Of a stretch of 64,000 bases of DNA, positions 11,660 to 24,852 are shown piece after piece (position 1 is the stretch's first letter; each line of letters starts with the position of its first letter). Origin of the DNA: Bugula neritina (Eukaryota; Animalia; Bryozoa). The position numbers and the translations under genes are program-made. The DNA is taken from NCBI GenBank assembly GCA_964035545.1, contig OZ037767.1:11728581-11792580 (forward strand), given 5' to 3'. The notes beneath the pieces are model-generated. The model was not told where the DNA came from, did no database searches, and saw only the letters and a program-made list of their open reading frames with translations.

Positions 11660-12590
11660 CTATGTGTTGAAATATTGTTCTTGTTTGCGAGGTTGCTTGA
11701 TGTTAGAACGAGTTTGGCTCTGTATCAAATTTCTCCGATCTTCAATTTGTCTGCTGAAAGGCTCTGTTTCATCTCTCTCCTGCACTTGAGCAGCTAGTTT
11801 GGGGATAATTAGAATTTCAGAGAGCTCTGCATTCTCTGCTTCAATTATTGTTTGTTCTAAGGATAAACTGCTTTTTGAGTCTACCACTTGGGATCTCTTA
11901 GTCCGTGGGAAAACTTGTCGAGGAGAAATTTGTTCCGGCAAATCTGAAGGACATCAGCATATGCTCATTTACATGCTGCTGCCAACTCTGCATAATATTT
12001 GCCCACGGTTCTTTTACCTTGCACTAAATCATTTAAATTTTGGGCTCGTAGTCTGGAATTAACTGCGAATATTTTTCTCAGTTCTTCTTTCAGTAGAATG
12101 TAATTTGTCATGCTGTTAGTTTTCTCACGGATAAGGTCTGTATATTTCGTGAAAGCTGCTTCACGAAATTTCCGTAGCAAGTTCAGTGTTTCTTTGTTAG
12201 TCGTTGAATTGGTAGGTTAGAGTATGTATTTCGAATCAGTTGATGAAGTGCTCCCAACTGTCATTAAGTGTGCCTGAAAAAGTTTCATAGTTTGAAAATT
12301 CTGGCATAATGAAGGTTAGGGCTGGTGCATAATGAGGGGGGTTGTATATGGACTACAATAGTGGTTCAATTGGCATGGCAAGACCCGGTGGTGTTCTAGA
12401 AGTAACTGGAAGAAATAATGTGGCTAACTGTATAGTATGACTGGCTTGTGGTGTTGTAGTGATTGATATGGTACTGGTGGTAGTAGTATTGCTAACCACT
12501 TTCTGTCTAGTTTCACTTGCTTTGGCTTCCATTAGGTTGTACCGTTCAGGCAACGAGTACCAGAAATTCAGCATCTTCATATGTTGTTAA
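11660..12590 (-). pseudogene. Internally deleted LTR-retrotransposon remnant (gag N-terminus joined to an integrase-tail-like segment)
   Basis: Minus-strand translation MPEFSNYETFSGTLNDSWEHFIN*FE..AAFTKYTDL..YILLKEELRKIF..LVQGKRTVGKYYAEL fits the gag capsid pattern; ..QTRSNIKQPRKQEQYF resembles an integrase tail. Confidence 0.65.
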
Positions 12591-12959
12591 CCGAGTAGGT
12601 GTGGCAATGCGTCAGTTGTTGATGCGTTAGTTGTTGTTTTGCTGGCCATATTGACCTTTGGTTGTTTATGAAAACTAATTTGGCACCTAAATTTTATTTT
12701 GTTTTATTCTTAACTTTTCAATTAATTTTATTATTATGCAATTACTGCATGACTAATGCCGTGTTTTATAGTAACAAGTTTATCCTGGTTTTATTATTAT
12801 TTAAATTGCTACCAAATATTTCTTATTTTACTGTTGATTTTATTCTATTTTTATTCCTTTTAGTTCCCTTTTAAATATTCACCCTCAAAATAAAAGTAAT
12901 TAACTCTTCAATTAGCTTAGCCTAAACTCAAACAAGTAATTATTTAAACTCCTAAATGC

Positions 12960-13200
12960 TGTCTGTGCAGTAGTGGCCCAGTTGGCATGGCAAGATCTAG
13001 TGGTGTTTTAGAAATAACCGGAAGTGGTAGAAATAAAGTGGCTGACTGTATAGTATGACTGGCTTGTGGTGTTGTAGTGATTGATATGGTATTGGTGGTA
13101 GTAGTATCGCTAACCACTTTCTGTCTAGTTCCAGTGGCTTTGGCTTCCATTAGGTTGTACCCTTCAGGCAGCGAGTACCAGAAATCCATAGCTTCCTTCG
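12960..13200 (-). repeat. Diverged duplicate of 12360-12575 (gag-proximal segment)
   Basis: [40 protein letters not shown] occurs in both ORFs 12353-12580 and 12944-13363. Confidence 0.85.
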
Positions 13201-13201
13201 C

Positions 13202-13205
<4 letters not shown>

Positions 13206-13264
<59 letters not shown>

Positions 13265-13330
13265 TATACATATATATACATATATATACATATATATACA
13301 TATATATACATATATATATATATATATACA
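13206..13330. repeat. (TA)n / (TATATATACA)n microsatellite
   Basis: Directly visible. Confidence 0.98.
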
Positions 13331-13660
13331 TGGTCTCTCAGATGGTAGCAGATGGTCTCTCATTGTTTGTTGTTTTAATGGTCTCTGTCATCATTGCAAT
13401 CAGAGTAGGCCTTGTATAGACTATCAAGCTGTGTATTATCTAGGAGCTAACTAAATAATGTTTGACCTCATTACAAGCTGCTATGCCAGCCTGCCTATTT
13501 CTACTCTCACTACTAGAACATTAAAGATAAAAATGCTACTAATACATGTTAACTATAAGATAAAGAAAAGCTGCATCGCCCATTTACTGATGCGCTTAGT
13601 CTAACAGCCAATTAAAATGTGTCATTTCTATATATAACAGAGCCCTTATTTATTCCTTAG

Positions 13661-14765
13661 AAAACACGGAGTTTCTGACATAAGAAAAGATAAGAAAACT
13701 CACAGACAGTGTGATATAAATAATATTTTCTTCACATGTGAAAATATGCTAAAAGGGGGAAATGATGTGGAAGTGTTGGCTCAAAACCAAGGTTTCAAAT
13801 GTACATATATCCGTGGAAAGAGAAGTTTAGAAAAGGCATGTCTACCTAAACAAACTAAAGCTACAAACAGATTGAAACCAAAAACTTGTACAGTGTGTAA
13901 GAAAATCTTCATTCATTTGGGAGCTTTAATCAGCCTTGATAAAGTAGAAGGTGAAACGGAGATTTACCAATGCACAGATTGTAAAGGAGCGACTACAAAG
14001 CCAATACACCCTAATTTAGGTAAAGAGAATAACTTGAAAGAAAAACCATTTCAGAGCACTGAAACTAGGGAACAATCTTCTAAACCTACAAATTTCTTCA
14101 TAGAGAAGACATTGCAAACCGAAAAATGGCTTCACCACCAAAGTGAGTGTGGAAAAATGTCAACTGAAACATGTGATTTGTTACAAAGTGTAAGCATACA
14201 TAAAGATGACAAACCGTATAAATGTGTTGAGTGTAAAAGATCATTTAGTAAGACTGCACTATTAACCAGACACATGATGATCCACACTGGAGAAAAACCT
14301 TACAAGTGTACAAAATGTGGAATGCTATTTCGACATAAAGGTAATCTTAATGTTCATATGAGGATCCACACTGGAGAAATGCCATACAAGTGTGCAGAAT
14401 GTAGAATGCTATTTCGGCATAAAGGTAATCTTAATGTTCATATGAGGATCCACACTGGAGAAATGCCATACAAGTGTACAGAATGTGGAATGCTGTTTCG
14501 ACAAAAATGTGTTCTTGAGGTTCACATTAGGATCCACACTGGAGAAAAACCATACAAATGTGACATTTGTAAAAAAAGGTTTACAAAAAATTCTTCTTTA
14601 AACGTTCACATGGCAATTCACACTGGAAAAAGGCCTTACCAATGTAAAATTTGTGGGAAAACTTTTGCTAGCAATTCTAATTTAGCTCAGCATGTAAGAA
14701 TACACACGAAGAAAAACCTTACAAATGTGAAACCTGTAAAAAGGCATGAAAAAAATCTACTTTGA
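13661..14765 (+). CDS. C2H2 zinc-finger protein, finger-encoding terminal exon (six intact fingers)
   Basis: Six C-x2-C-x12-H-x3-H fingers with TGEKP/TGEMP/TGKRP linkers. The frame is open from acceptor ttattccttAG|13661; first in-frame ATG at 13746; AATAAA at 15079. Confidence 0.9.
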
Positions 14766-17220
14766 ACAAGTACACGAGAATACATACAAATAGAAGTCAT
14801 AAAGTTGCACAGAGTGTGGTATGATGTTTAGTGACTGCAGTAATTTCTTACTACATAATAAAACTAAACATACATAGGGTCATAACAATGTTACAGAGTC
14901 CCATATATGTTTGGAGACCGTGTAAATCTCACTATATATCTTACTAATACCCACTTTGAACTGAATGAATAATATTTTGACTATAAACAAATTGATGTCC
15001 GACGCATTTTTTAGAAAATATTAAAAAATATTTTAAAGAAACTTATAGTTTATTGTTGTACTATATTTTTATAGACAAAATAAACAATGTTATGTAAAAT
15101 TTTTAACTGTTTTTTAATGTAAATTAGTAAATTGACCCTTTGTAAAATTGATGAAATATGGGAACTTATACTACTTTTTCTGTTTCAGATAAGAATACAC
15201 ACTATTTCCAACTCCAGATACTACTTCCATTTTATTTTCTTGTAAAACAATAAACCTGTCGCAGAATCATTGAATCTAAAATTTGCAGTTACCTTCTCAT
15301 TTGTCAGCATATATTTAATAAAAACCCATAAAACCTTTAGTTCATTTTATTTTGCAGATCAATTGTTTAGCTTTAGATTTCAGTGTCACACATTGAGCTC
15401 TTAGCCACAAAATAATGTCTTATAGCCAATTGAGGAATGTATGCTACAATTGATAGTTTGTAACAGTACATTACTTACTATTAGTTACTATTTTCCAATT
15501 ATCTACAACATTTCAAACACAGCTAATATGACTTATTATGACACATTATTTAACAACTATATTTTGTAATAAAACCTTTGAAGGTTGAGCCACACCATGT
15601 ACAATTTTTGCGATATTGTAAAGACCAGATCACATGGACACGAAATATGATAGATGTTGGCTATTCTCAAAATACAATACTGCTTAATTTTATTGAGTGT
15701 TTATTAAACAAAAAACATTTTCGATTGGTTTGTGATTCAATTACTTTTATGTCCCTTATTAGCTAGTTCTATTAAAGTGTGATGACACCACAATTTGATA
15801 GAATCTTTTTGGTTTTTTAAATCTGTAATGCCTATTCATTTTACAAAAAGACAATCAATAACATCTTGAGAATTGAAAAAATGTATGTATACAACACACT
15901 ATAACTTGATATCGCTACAATTTTAATGGAAGTGATTCAAGTTCACATTTAATTATGACTATCTTCTGTCAGTAATCAGTAAAATGTATCTAGACAAAAA
16001 TTCCAGCAATTGACATCTATTTGCAGCCTGGAATACTCTAACACCCATGAGAAAATTGTACCTCTTTCTTGATTTGAGTGAATACAAAAGGGATGATAAC
16101 TCTTCAATATACACTATAATTTATACTTCATTGCCACTGAACAAGTATAAGTAGTGTATTTGGTCAACATACATTTATATGCTAGTGAGCAGTTTATATT
16201 TTATACTCCATATAATATAGCAAAACATTGTGTACTAAATTTACCTGTGCTCTGCTGTAAAAACACTCCAATAAAACTAATAGTTAGTCTATGTTGAATA
16301 TTAACATAATTCATGTCTATCAAAAATATGAACATGATGTTTAGTATATTATTATGAAACACTTCATATTCCCATGTTTTTCAAATATAATATACATCTC
16401 ACTGCAGCTCTCTATAGTCATGGTGAAGTTTTATTTTACAGCTAGGCAAACAATTTTTATTAGTGTGAGAGGTTTGCATTGTTTTTCTACTATATAGCTA
16501 TTTAGCGCCTTATACTTCCATTTCACCCTGTTTAGATTTTACATGCAGTATCCGGTACAGAAATAAATTGAAAAACTTGAATAACTATAACACTTTGTAG
16601 CTTTCAGACAATCACAACATGCTGCAACAAATGAACTTAAAAACTCTTGTAACAATACCACAATTTACAATCATGTTTATGTATTATAACAAGCAAAAGT
16701 AGCCAAGTTATTCACTTTTATAAAACCATAAAAAAATATATTAACTCCAAAGCTGACTGCAGTAAAATAACAATAATGCACCAAATAAAAAATTCCTTAT
16801 TTTGACTCCAGCATTTTTATCATAACCCAGTCTGTATGTATGTGATTAAGGTCTACTCTGTTGAGTGTAATTATTTATTAACTATCAATCAATTTATTCT
16901 TCTTTGGCTGAACTCCAAACGCATTCTACTTTATATATATATGTATTTATATGTATGCCTTTGTCTCTATCCGAACACCCACTTTCAACTGCCTTCAGTT
17001 GTTATATGTGATTGCACTGTTGCTAGGTAACTGTGATGTCACTTAGTACCCCATAAAAAATTGCTGGCCACTTTTGAACTGGAAATAAAACTAATAAATC
17101 TTCTAGCAAAAAGGACTACACCTATAAGTAGATCATGTAATTGTTCTCAGCATCTTGTGACTTTCAAGGAAAATTAATAGTATGATTTGAAGCATGTTGT
17201 GGTATAATACTGATTTGTGG

Positions 17221-17221
<1 letters not shown>

Positions 17222-17302
<81 letters not shown>
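17222..17302. repeat. (TA)n microsatellite
   Basis: Directly visible; abuts a Penelope-type tail. Confidence 0.98.
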
Positions 17303-17305
<3 letters not shown>

Positions 17306-17389
17306 AATATATCTTTACGAGCTAGCAATTTAATTAGGAATAAATATACGAGAAACATTGTTGTTTTACTACTTTATTTGGCAAAGTAA

Positions 17390-17435
17390 TTAACTTATAT
17401 TTCGGGCACTACTGTGCCCATCTTCAGAGTAACAA
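17390..17435 (-). ncRNA. Minimal hammerhead ribozyme D in a Penelope-like 3' end remnant (17303 to ~17520)
   Basis: Minus strand ACT-CTGAAGA-T-GGGCAC-AGTA-GTGCCC-GAAA-TA-TA-AGT. Core and 6-bp stem II are perfect; stems I and III are very short. The tail ends in (TA)n. Confidence 0.65.
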
Positions 17436-17892
17436 TGAATGATAAAAATTTAAAGTTATGACGTTACGTTAAACACTATGCATGACACAAAGTATAGAGA
17501 GTGGCAGCTATTTCAAATTATTTAAACTGAGAGAGATAATCTTGTTTTTTATATTACATGAGTCAAAAATTATACTGATTTCTTCGCATAAAAAAATAAA
17601 TTAGAGTTGACAAAATATAGATATCCGAATATAAAAACTGTTTTGTGTTGTTTTGTGATATTATTTCAGCTATCGTGAAAAAGAGAGAACGTGCTCAAGT
17701 TAGTTGATTAACGGAAGAGGCTGAAGCCGTGATTTATTACCACAATATATATACAAGATAATACTCAAACTATTACAATAAGTGAGACAATTAATTATTA
17801 AGATTATGACAAAAATAGTAAAATAATAAAATAACAAATTACAAATAAATGTTTACATAAACACCGAACATCTGCTACAGAATAAAAAAAAG

Positions 17893-18350
17893 CTAGTTAG
17901 GTATGAATGTTTTAAGAGGGCACACAGTCTGCCATCCAACTAGAGGGCTTCCGTTCTCTGGTTGAACGTCGTAGGTTGTCGCTATGATTGGCGCTCTCGG
18001 TGGTGTCAACCTGGGTGCTACTAGCATTTTGTTTAGGATCTTTTGGTGTTTCAGGACTCGCTGGCTCCGTGACGAGCGGTCTGATATCTCGCCGGTTTCT
18101 CTGAAAGAAGTTGTTGTTAAGTTGTACGGCATAAGCTCTGCTACTCAATTGTCTGTTAATTTGTGCCTCCTGCCATTTTCTCCGGTGCTGACTCCAGTCT
18201 CGAACCAAAACTGGTTGCCCTTCTTTCAGCACTGCCAAATCTCTTGCACCGTCATTACATCTCTGCTGTAGTTTTTCATTGCGGCCCTGCTTTTCCCACC
18301 AACCTTGGTTGTTCTCTGTTTCTGGCTGGACTTGGGTTAGGATTAGTGAA
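17893..18350 (-). pseudogene. gypsy integrase C-terminal fragment (different lineage)
   Basis: LKEGQPVLVRD..KWQEAQINRQLSSRAYAV..FQRNRRDIRP..LRRSTRERKP is a typical integrase tail. Confidence 0.8.
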
Positions 18351-18371
18351 AAGTGTGTGAAAGTTGAGTAG

Positions 18372-18767
18372 TGTAGAGCTTATTGGTAAGGTTTTAATGG
18401 TATAGAGTAATTTTGTTTATTAAGTCACGTTAAGTTACGTCTATACGCTTCACTACCAACACCTCGCCACCGGAACCCGCGGACCTATCAGCAGTAAGCT
18501 GGGATTTATAAGCCAGATTCACAAACGTCCAGACACACTTTGCTCCTGGACTTACTACTAAGCTAAACAGTGTATGATTTGTATTGTGATAACTGCTTTT
18601 ACTTTGATGTAGTTTTATTTCTTAATGCGTGTACAAATATACTCGTCCTACTACAATTATCAGCTCAGCTCTCTCTCTCTCAAACTACAAGCAAAGAGTT
18701 ATGTTCTAGCATTGCAACACACACACACTTATAAACCACAATTGTAGTAGCCCAAAAAACTACAACA
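18372..18767 (+). repeat. Probable LTR
   Basis: Starts TGTAGAG and ends CTACAACA like other LTRs in the window; followed by ATAT, but no matching left TSD. Confidence 0.5.
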
Positions 18768-19888
18768 ATATTGTATTGTCAATTTTTGTACAATGAGCAG
18801 AAAAATTGAACAAGTTGAAATTTTTTCTATAACTATGTATTTAGAGAGCGAGTTGAAATGTTTGAGAGAAAACATAAACTCTTTTGCCGTATATTTGTAA
18901 TCTAAGACATACAGGCTTTGCTAATATAATATTGATATTACTGCACTTATCTTTAATGGACCTGCCAACTGTCATTTAAATTTGAAATTGAAATGAAAGT
19001 TAAGGGTACTTAATAAATTAAGCATTTGATGAAATTGAGTTTAACTTGATTGAGGTGTTTACTTTCTTTCTCCAAATTAATTTTTTATCAAGTGTATTGA
19101 ACAATCTAATGATTTTATGCCACTTGTTTAATAATACCTTTTAATTTTATTATTTAAATTAAGCAGCACAATATATTTCAAGTGGCAAGTTTTAGAAATG
19201 CAATTAAATGCAAGTTTCTTGGTAAACTTTCAACTGACGTAACTTAACTACGAAGTTTTAAGAGCTTCTGGTAAATAAGCGAGCACATAGGAGCAAAACA
19301 TAACGTCACAATTGATCCAGTTTAATGATATATACCTATAATGTTGTATTACTTTTATAGACAGGCTTGTGTTACACTAGATACAACATTGTTGTACATG
19401 TATGACATTAATCTTAATTTTTGAATAGAATATATATTGCTGCTACTATAAATAAAAAATCATAAAAATTTTTTGCATTGGTTTATTGCTGGCAGTTTCT
19501 ATACACATCTTTACACAGCTGAGTCAAAATAAAAGTTAACATTTCTCATTTATAAAAAAGAGTAAAAGGCACTAAAAATAATTAAAAGCTAAAAAACTTA
19601 AAACATAATTTTATGTTTTACAACTCAAAGAGTTAAGATAGGTTATGTGATAAGCCAGTATTATTAAGTTTATATACCAGGAGAAACAAGTAGTTTGTGA
19701 ATAATCAAGTGTCAGCAACTGATTCATAGCATAAGTAAGCAAATTTGAGTTGCGAAAACCTTGATGTGGATTAATTTATGATTTTAATTCAATCTATTTG
19801 TATCCAAAGTGTGATAAACTCTCTGTTATGAATGCACTTCATGACTGACAAAAATCAACCTCGTATTTCGCTAGCAATTTTGCAGTTT

Positions 19889-22300
19889 TTATAGGTAATA
19901 GCAGTTAGATCTAGGCTCTTTCACTGGAACATATTTTTCATGAAGCCTGCAAATTCCATTTTCAGAGTGATAAGTAAACGCCTTGCATTTGTCATTTAAC
20001 CATGAACAATAGTGAGCACAAACTTCTAGCGTCTTTCCGGAATATTCATTAAAATTTGAAGTTTGGCAGGCAAAATTAGCTTTCTTTGTAAAACTGTATT
20101 TATTTTCTCTGAGAAAATAAAACTTCCTTTCCTCTCTGTTGTACAGAACTATTTGATGACCATCATCAGACAAAGTCGCTAAATCTGCGGTCACATCCGG
20201 TGTCATGCCAATTACTTTAACTCCCTGAAACTCAGCTAACCCCTTGCTGGTTGAATACTGCAGGTACTTTAGAGTTCTATTGACTAACAGAGTAGGCCGA
20301 CCTCTCACCATCATAGGAATGCAGGAAGTTACATCATAGCTAAAGCAACTCTGTTGAGTAAGAGTCCATTCTTCTTCAGTCAGCAAAAAATATTCAAACT
20401 CAAATTCAATAAGTCTTTTTTCATTGTAGCTCACCAAGTCTACATAAACTTTTGGTACATAAAAATATTCATTCGACTTTGATATATGAAAACTAGTGAA
20501 ACCTTGATATTCGAAAGCAAACATTCCATCCACTTGCATAGTAATAATAACGACATAGTTTTCACTGTCTACACAGCTGATGAAAAGTTGTATAGCGTTG
20601 GTACTGACAATCACTGAAATATGAATTGGCCGAACTAATGAAATATCTTTTAGTTCAGTGAACTGGGAGTGGTGCGGCTCTAGTCTACCTGGTGTACCAC
20701 ACCGTCCTATCTCTGTTCCAAAAATAAAACTCGGATTATGATTGTTTTGTAGAGGTACGAATTTTATACAGTGTTGCTTTATATCAACAACTAAAGCAGT
20801 AGATTCAATTCCTACTTGACTGGCTAAATTCATCTGATCATTCGTAGTTGCCTCCTCTGATGACGGAAAATATGCGTATGTCATATGACTTATATATTGA
20901 AATAGAAAGTTATTGCTTACACTCAAACAAGTTGACAGGCCAACACCAGCAAACACTTTACAACCACCTGCTTCAATCTCCATGATTTGCACTGCTGTTG
21001 CTGCTATAATACTAGTCTCAGTTGAGAAAAATGTCATTATTTCGGCTGCAATTCTGCAATGTTCTATGGTTCTGATATTCATCATTTCACTCCGATCATT
21101 TACATCCATTAAGTCACGAATTTGAATTGATTCTTCTGAAACAGAAAGCAGAATTGTTAACAAGTTCATCTCACATTCTGTGCATTTAATCTCATTGATC
21201 ACAAAAAATGAAAGTATTTTGTTTTCAAAAACGCCTATGACATTTCATAGTTAAAATAGGAGGATTAAAATTTAATAAAATTAAAAAATTGAAAATTAGT
21301 AATAATTTCAGTTTAGACTTTTTTGCATGACATGTATTTACAAATTATTTAATAATCTACACATTACCTCGAGAAAACTCTTTATTATATTATGTTAGTG
21401 TTATTCACGTTTTCTTATATCTATATAAAAAGCACCTGTAAACGTTCTGTAGACAGAAATTACTGGAACCGATGAGCTCAAAACATCAATTCCTTGCTCG
21501 CACAGACTATCTTCTTTTTCTCCATATTTATTGTAATTCAATCCGCAATAACACCAATTTTCATCAACAGCTGCATAGGGCTGACCTATTTAGAAAATTA
21601 ATATTAGTTCTACAAGCTTGAAATCTTGCAGTAGTTGTGCTTACAGATTCAGTCACTGCTGGTCTAAATAATATTGAAGCTATACCTTCCAGCATGCAGT
21701 AATCAATGCACTGGCTCTCGTCCAAATTCTCTTCATAAAAATATCCACGCAGAGCTCTGTCTTCGAGATTGTCCATGTAACATCCAACATACTGAGTTGA
21801 CTTTCCCCAGGCAGCAGAATGATGAGTCCCCTGATATCCTAGTAGCAAGGTTGGCAGTGTGCAGATTAGGCAGATGAATTGTACTGAAGCATATGAAGTA
21901 TCAGTGTGAACACAATAATATTGTTGTACAAATGCATTGTGCGGGTTGTAAATATATAATACACTATGTATAGGTTACATGAAATGCATATAAAATTGTA
22001 TGTCGTTTAAATTGTCATATTAGTTTAATAAACAGAAAATATTCTAGTTTTAGATTATTGTACTTGAACCCACAATTTTTATCATAAAAATCAATTTTAT
22101 GAAACATAATTAAGTGACCACAAAACAAAATTGTATCAAGATTGGTCTAAATATTACATTATTTTATGCTGCACCTTTTTGAAAAAGCACATTATTATAT
22201 AAACGTAATTGCTATAATGAGATGTAAGAGTCAAATATATTATAAAAAATAAAATTATTTCTATAAGTTGAATAAAACACTACTTACATGGAAATTTCAT
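19889..22300 (-). CDS. Secreted WSC + NHL-like + PAN/apple domain protein, ~568 aa; exons 22300-22288, 21883-21686, 21585-21436, 21234-19889
   Basis: All introns are GT-AG and phase 1; 1707 nt open. Signal peptide MKFPLQFICLICTLPTLLLG; WSC YVGCYMD..RAL..CIDYC..GQPYAAV..WCYCG..C..ISVYR; NHL-like VVDIKQHCIK..IGRCGTPG..F; PAN LEVCAHYC..CKAFTY..CRLH. Confidence 0.85.
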
Positions 22301-22680
22301 GGCTGACCAAAACTCAAGTTCTTAGATTTGCAGGATAATTGTTAATGATGATTGCTTGCCACTTTCAAGGTTTAATATGCTTTTAGTCTTGTATTGATCT
22401 TTTTGTCAAGTCTGCAGCTTTGCTTCCACTTGAAGTTAAAGCAGAATTTCAAAAGCTGAGTAATCAATTATTAATCCATTTATTGAAAGGAAATCTGATT
22501 CAATTTGAAGTGTCTGATGCATTACCAACAACTTTGCAGCAATTAATTATGTGGTTTTCATACATGCAAGACTGACAATTTATTAATTTGAAAAAGGGAA
22601 CAGGTTTTATTAGAAATAATAAAATTAATATGAAGTTTACAGGTATTAAGATGCAGGACTTGCTATAACACATGATGGCA

Positions 22681-22788
22681 TGCGTGCGTGCGTGCGTGCG
22701 TGCGTGTGTGCGTGTGTGTGTGCGTGTGTGTGTGTGTGTGTGCGTGTGTGTGTGTGTGTGTGTGTGCGTGTGTGTGTGCGTGTGTGTG

Positions 22789-22848
<60 letters not shown>

Positions 22849-22850
22849 TG
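22681..22850. repeat. (TG)n/(TGCG)n microsatellite
   Basis: Directly visible. Confidence 0.98.
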
Positions 22851-23053
22851 TGAGAAGGGATTGTTGGCAAATATGTATCTATATTATCAACATCAGCATT
22901 GTTATATACCATGAAAACTATTCTTGCATCAAATAATTCATCTTATTGCAAATTTAGTAATGGAAACAGTTTACTACAGTCTAATATAAGCAACACTTTA
23001 ATACGGCTTATAAGGGATCATTTAAAAGTTGAGTAGCCTGAAATAATAATAAC

Positions 23054-23655
23054 CTGCATTCATTGATGTATGATTTGGCAGAAAAATTACAGCTGAGGAT
23101 AAAAGTTGTTTCATACTGTTAATGAAACTTTTAAATTCTTCTGTGTCATTTGCGGTCTCTAAATCTTCTTTACATATTACTTTAACTGGTGATTTAGGGG
23201 TATGGCTTTGTCTGCTGCCAATACCTATAAATAATCATGCAAGTTTTCAAATCATATATTTATAAAAAATTTAGCTGTGCATATGTTAACAATTAAAATT
23301 TGAAACAAGCCAAAAGTCAACAAGTTTATGTTATATAACACAATATCAATGCATACCTATACTAAATTATTTTTATATCGATACTTTATATAACATATAG
23401 TATTACATAGTATTTTAGCTACTCCTTATAAACTACGAAAGCTTGCATGTCGCAACATCTTGTTTACCTTTGCAGTAGTGAGGTTTGTTAAATTCCACAT
23501 CTTGTACTGGAATATACAGCTGCTTCACCTTTTCATACTTAGGAGCTTCCCGTGAACACGCAGTGCTTGTACAAGAAAGGCTCAATAGCTCCAACCTGAA
23601 TGCACTTTCCAATTTGAAAAATAATGCAGCTACGTGATTGCAAGTTTGGCTTTAT
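23054..23655 (-). pseudogene. Two exons (23655-23468, 23224-23054) of a SWIM-finger protein of the type encoded by ISL2EU transposons (YqaJ-associated ORF)
   Basis: *SQTCNHVAALFFKLESAFRLELLSLSCTSTACSR..P matches the C.HVAALLF..E......CTS..C.W pattern. Splice phases are compatible; there is a TAA stop and the conserved Trp is lost. Confidence 0.6.
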
Positions 23656-24852
23656 CTAAAATTAAAAATGTAAACTTTAAGTTTATACTTTTAATTTTAG
23701 GACTACACAGTAATTATAAGGGTAGGTACTGTTGTTGTTAGGAAAAAATATTGACAACAAGTAACATGCTATAAAAATAATTATAATGACGAAAACTGCA
23801 ATTTTAGTCAATTCGATGGGAGAAAGTTTAATTAAATTTATTTTAGCAAGAAAACATTTTGTGACATATATAATGATTTTTGGCAACTGCCCTGTCTGTA
23901 AATGTCTGAATGAAGTTTCATTCAATCCCTAAAACGGCGGTACAACAGTGGTAATTTTTGATTACTTAAGAATTTATATGTTTCTAAGTATATATTCAGA
24001 ACCTCTGGCATAGTATCAACTCTCTTCTACAACAGTAAGCCAAGTCATATAGGTACCTACTGAACCAAAATTTAAAACTGAAAAGTTAATACCTATTAAA
24101 ATTAGAACATTATTTGATAATTAATTTAGTTTTGAATTTTATGAATAATTTAGGTTTGAATTTGATGATGACAATTATTGAGTTAAACCAAAAGATATTA
24201 GTGGGATAGAGCTGGTAGTTATCTTCACTTGACAAATACTTAATTATGGGTTTGGCAATTGACAAAATTATTCATGCATGCAGAGATAATGTGTGCGGTT
24301 CTACGTGTGTATTATAATATATACACTCTAAGCGTAAATTTCATGAGACAAATTCAGGACTTGCCCCTTGAAAGAATGAAATTATAAATTTTGTGCATTT
24401 ATATATGTCTTCTCAATATGATAAAAATAAAGAAGCAAAATTACAAAAGTAATAAAATATTATAATAGCGAAACCAAAGAGAAATAAAATGGAATCCTAG
24501 CAATCTTTCAAAATCTTGCTGTGCATGCATGGCTATTATACTGGCAACTCACTAAATTAATAAACCTTCAAGTATAAATGTGTTCAGCTTTGAAAATTAA
24601 TATTGTAGAAAATGGATTCTTCAAACATAAAACTGTATAGCTTCAAAATCAAATAATTTTAAGATAATTTCCTCAAATTTAATTTGTGCTACTTCAAAAT
24701 AAATTTCTCAACTCAACAAAAGCTTCTTTAAATATAAATTTGTATAGTTTAAAAAACAATAAAAATCAGTACATCATTTTCAAAATAAAAAAGTAGATTA
24801 GGCTACTTACAGTAACTGCTCAGTCTACTCTGCACTATCGTAGTAAATTGTT

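Noticed and set aside
21838-23054. Fusion of the ISL2EU-like exons to the WSC exons
   Set aside because: Phase-compatible, but the 22300-22288 micro-exon gives a better model (strong GTAAGT donor, complete signal peptide), and the TE exon carries a stop.
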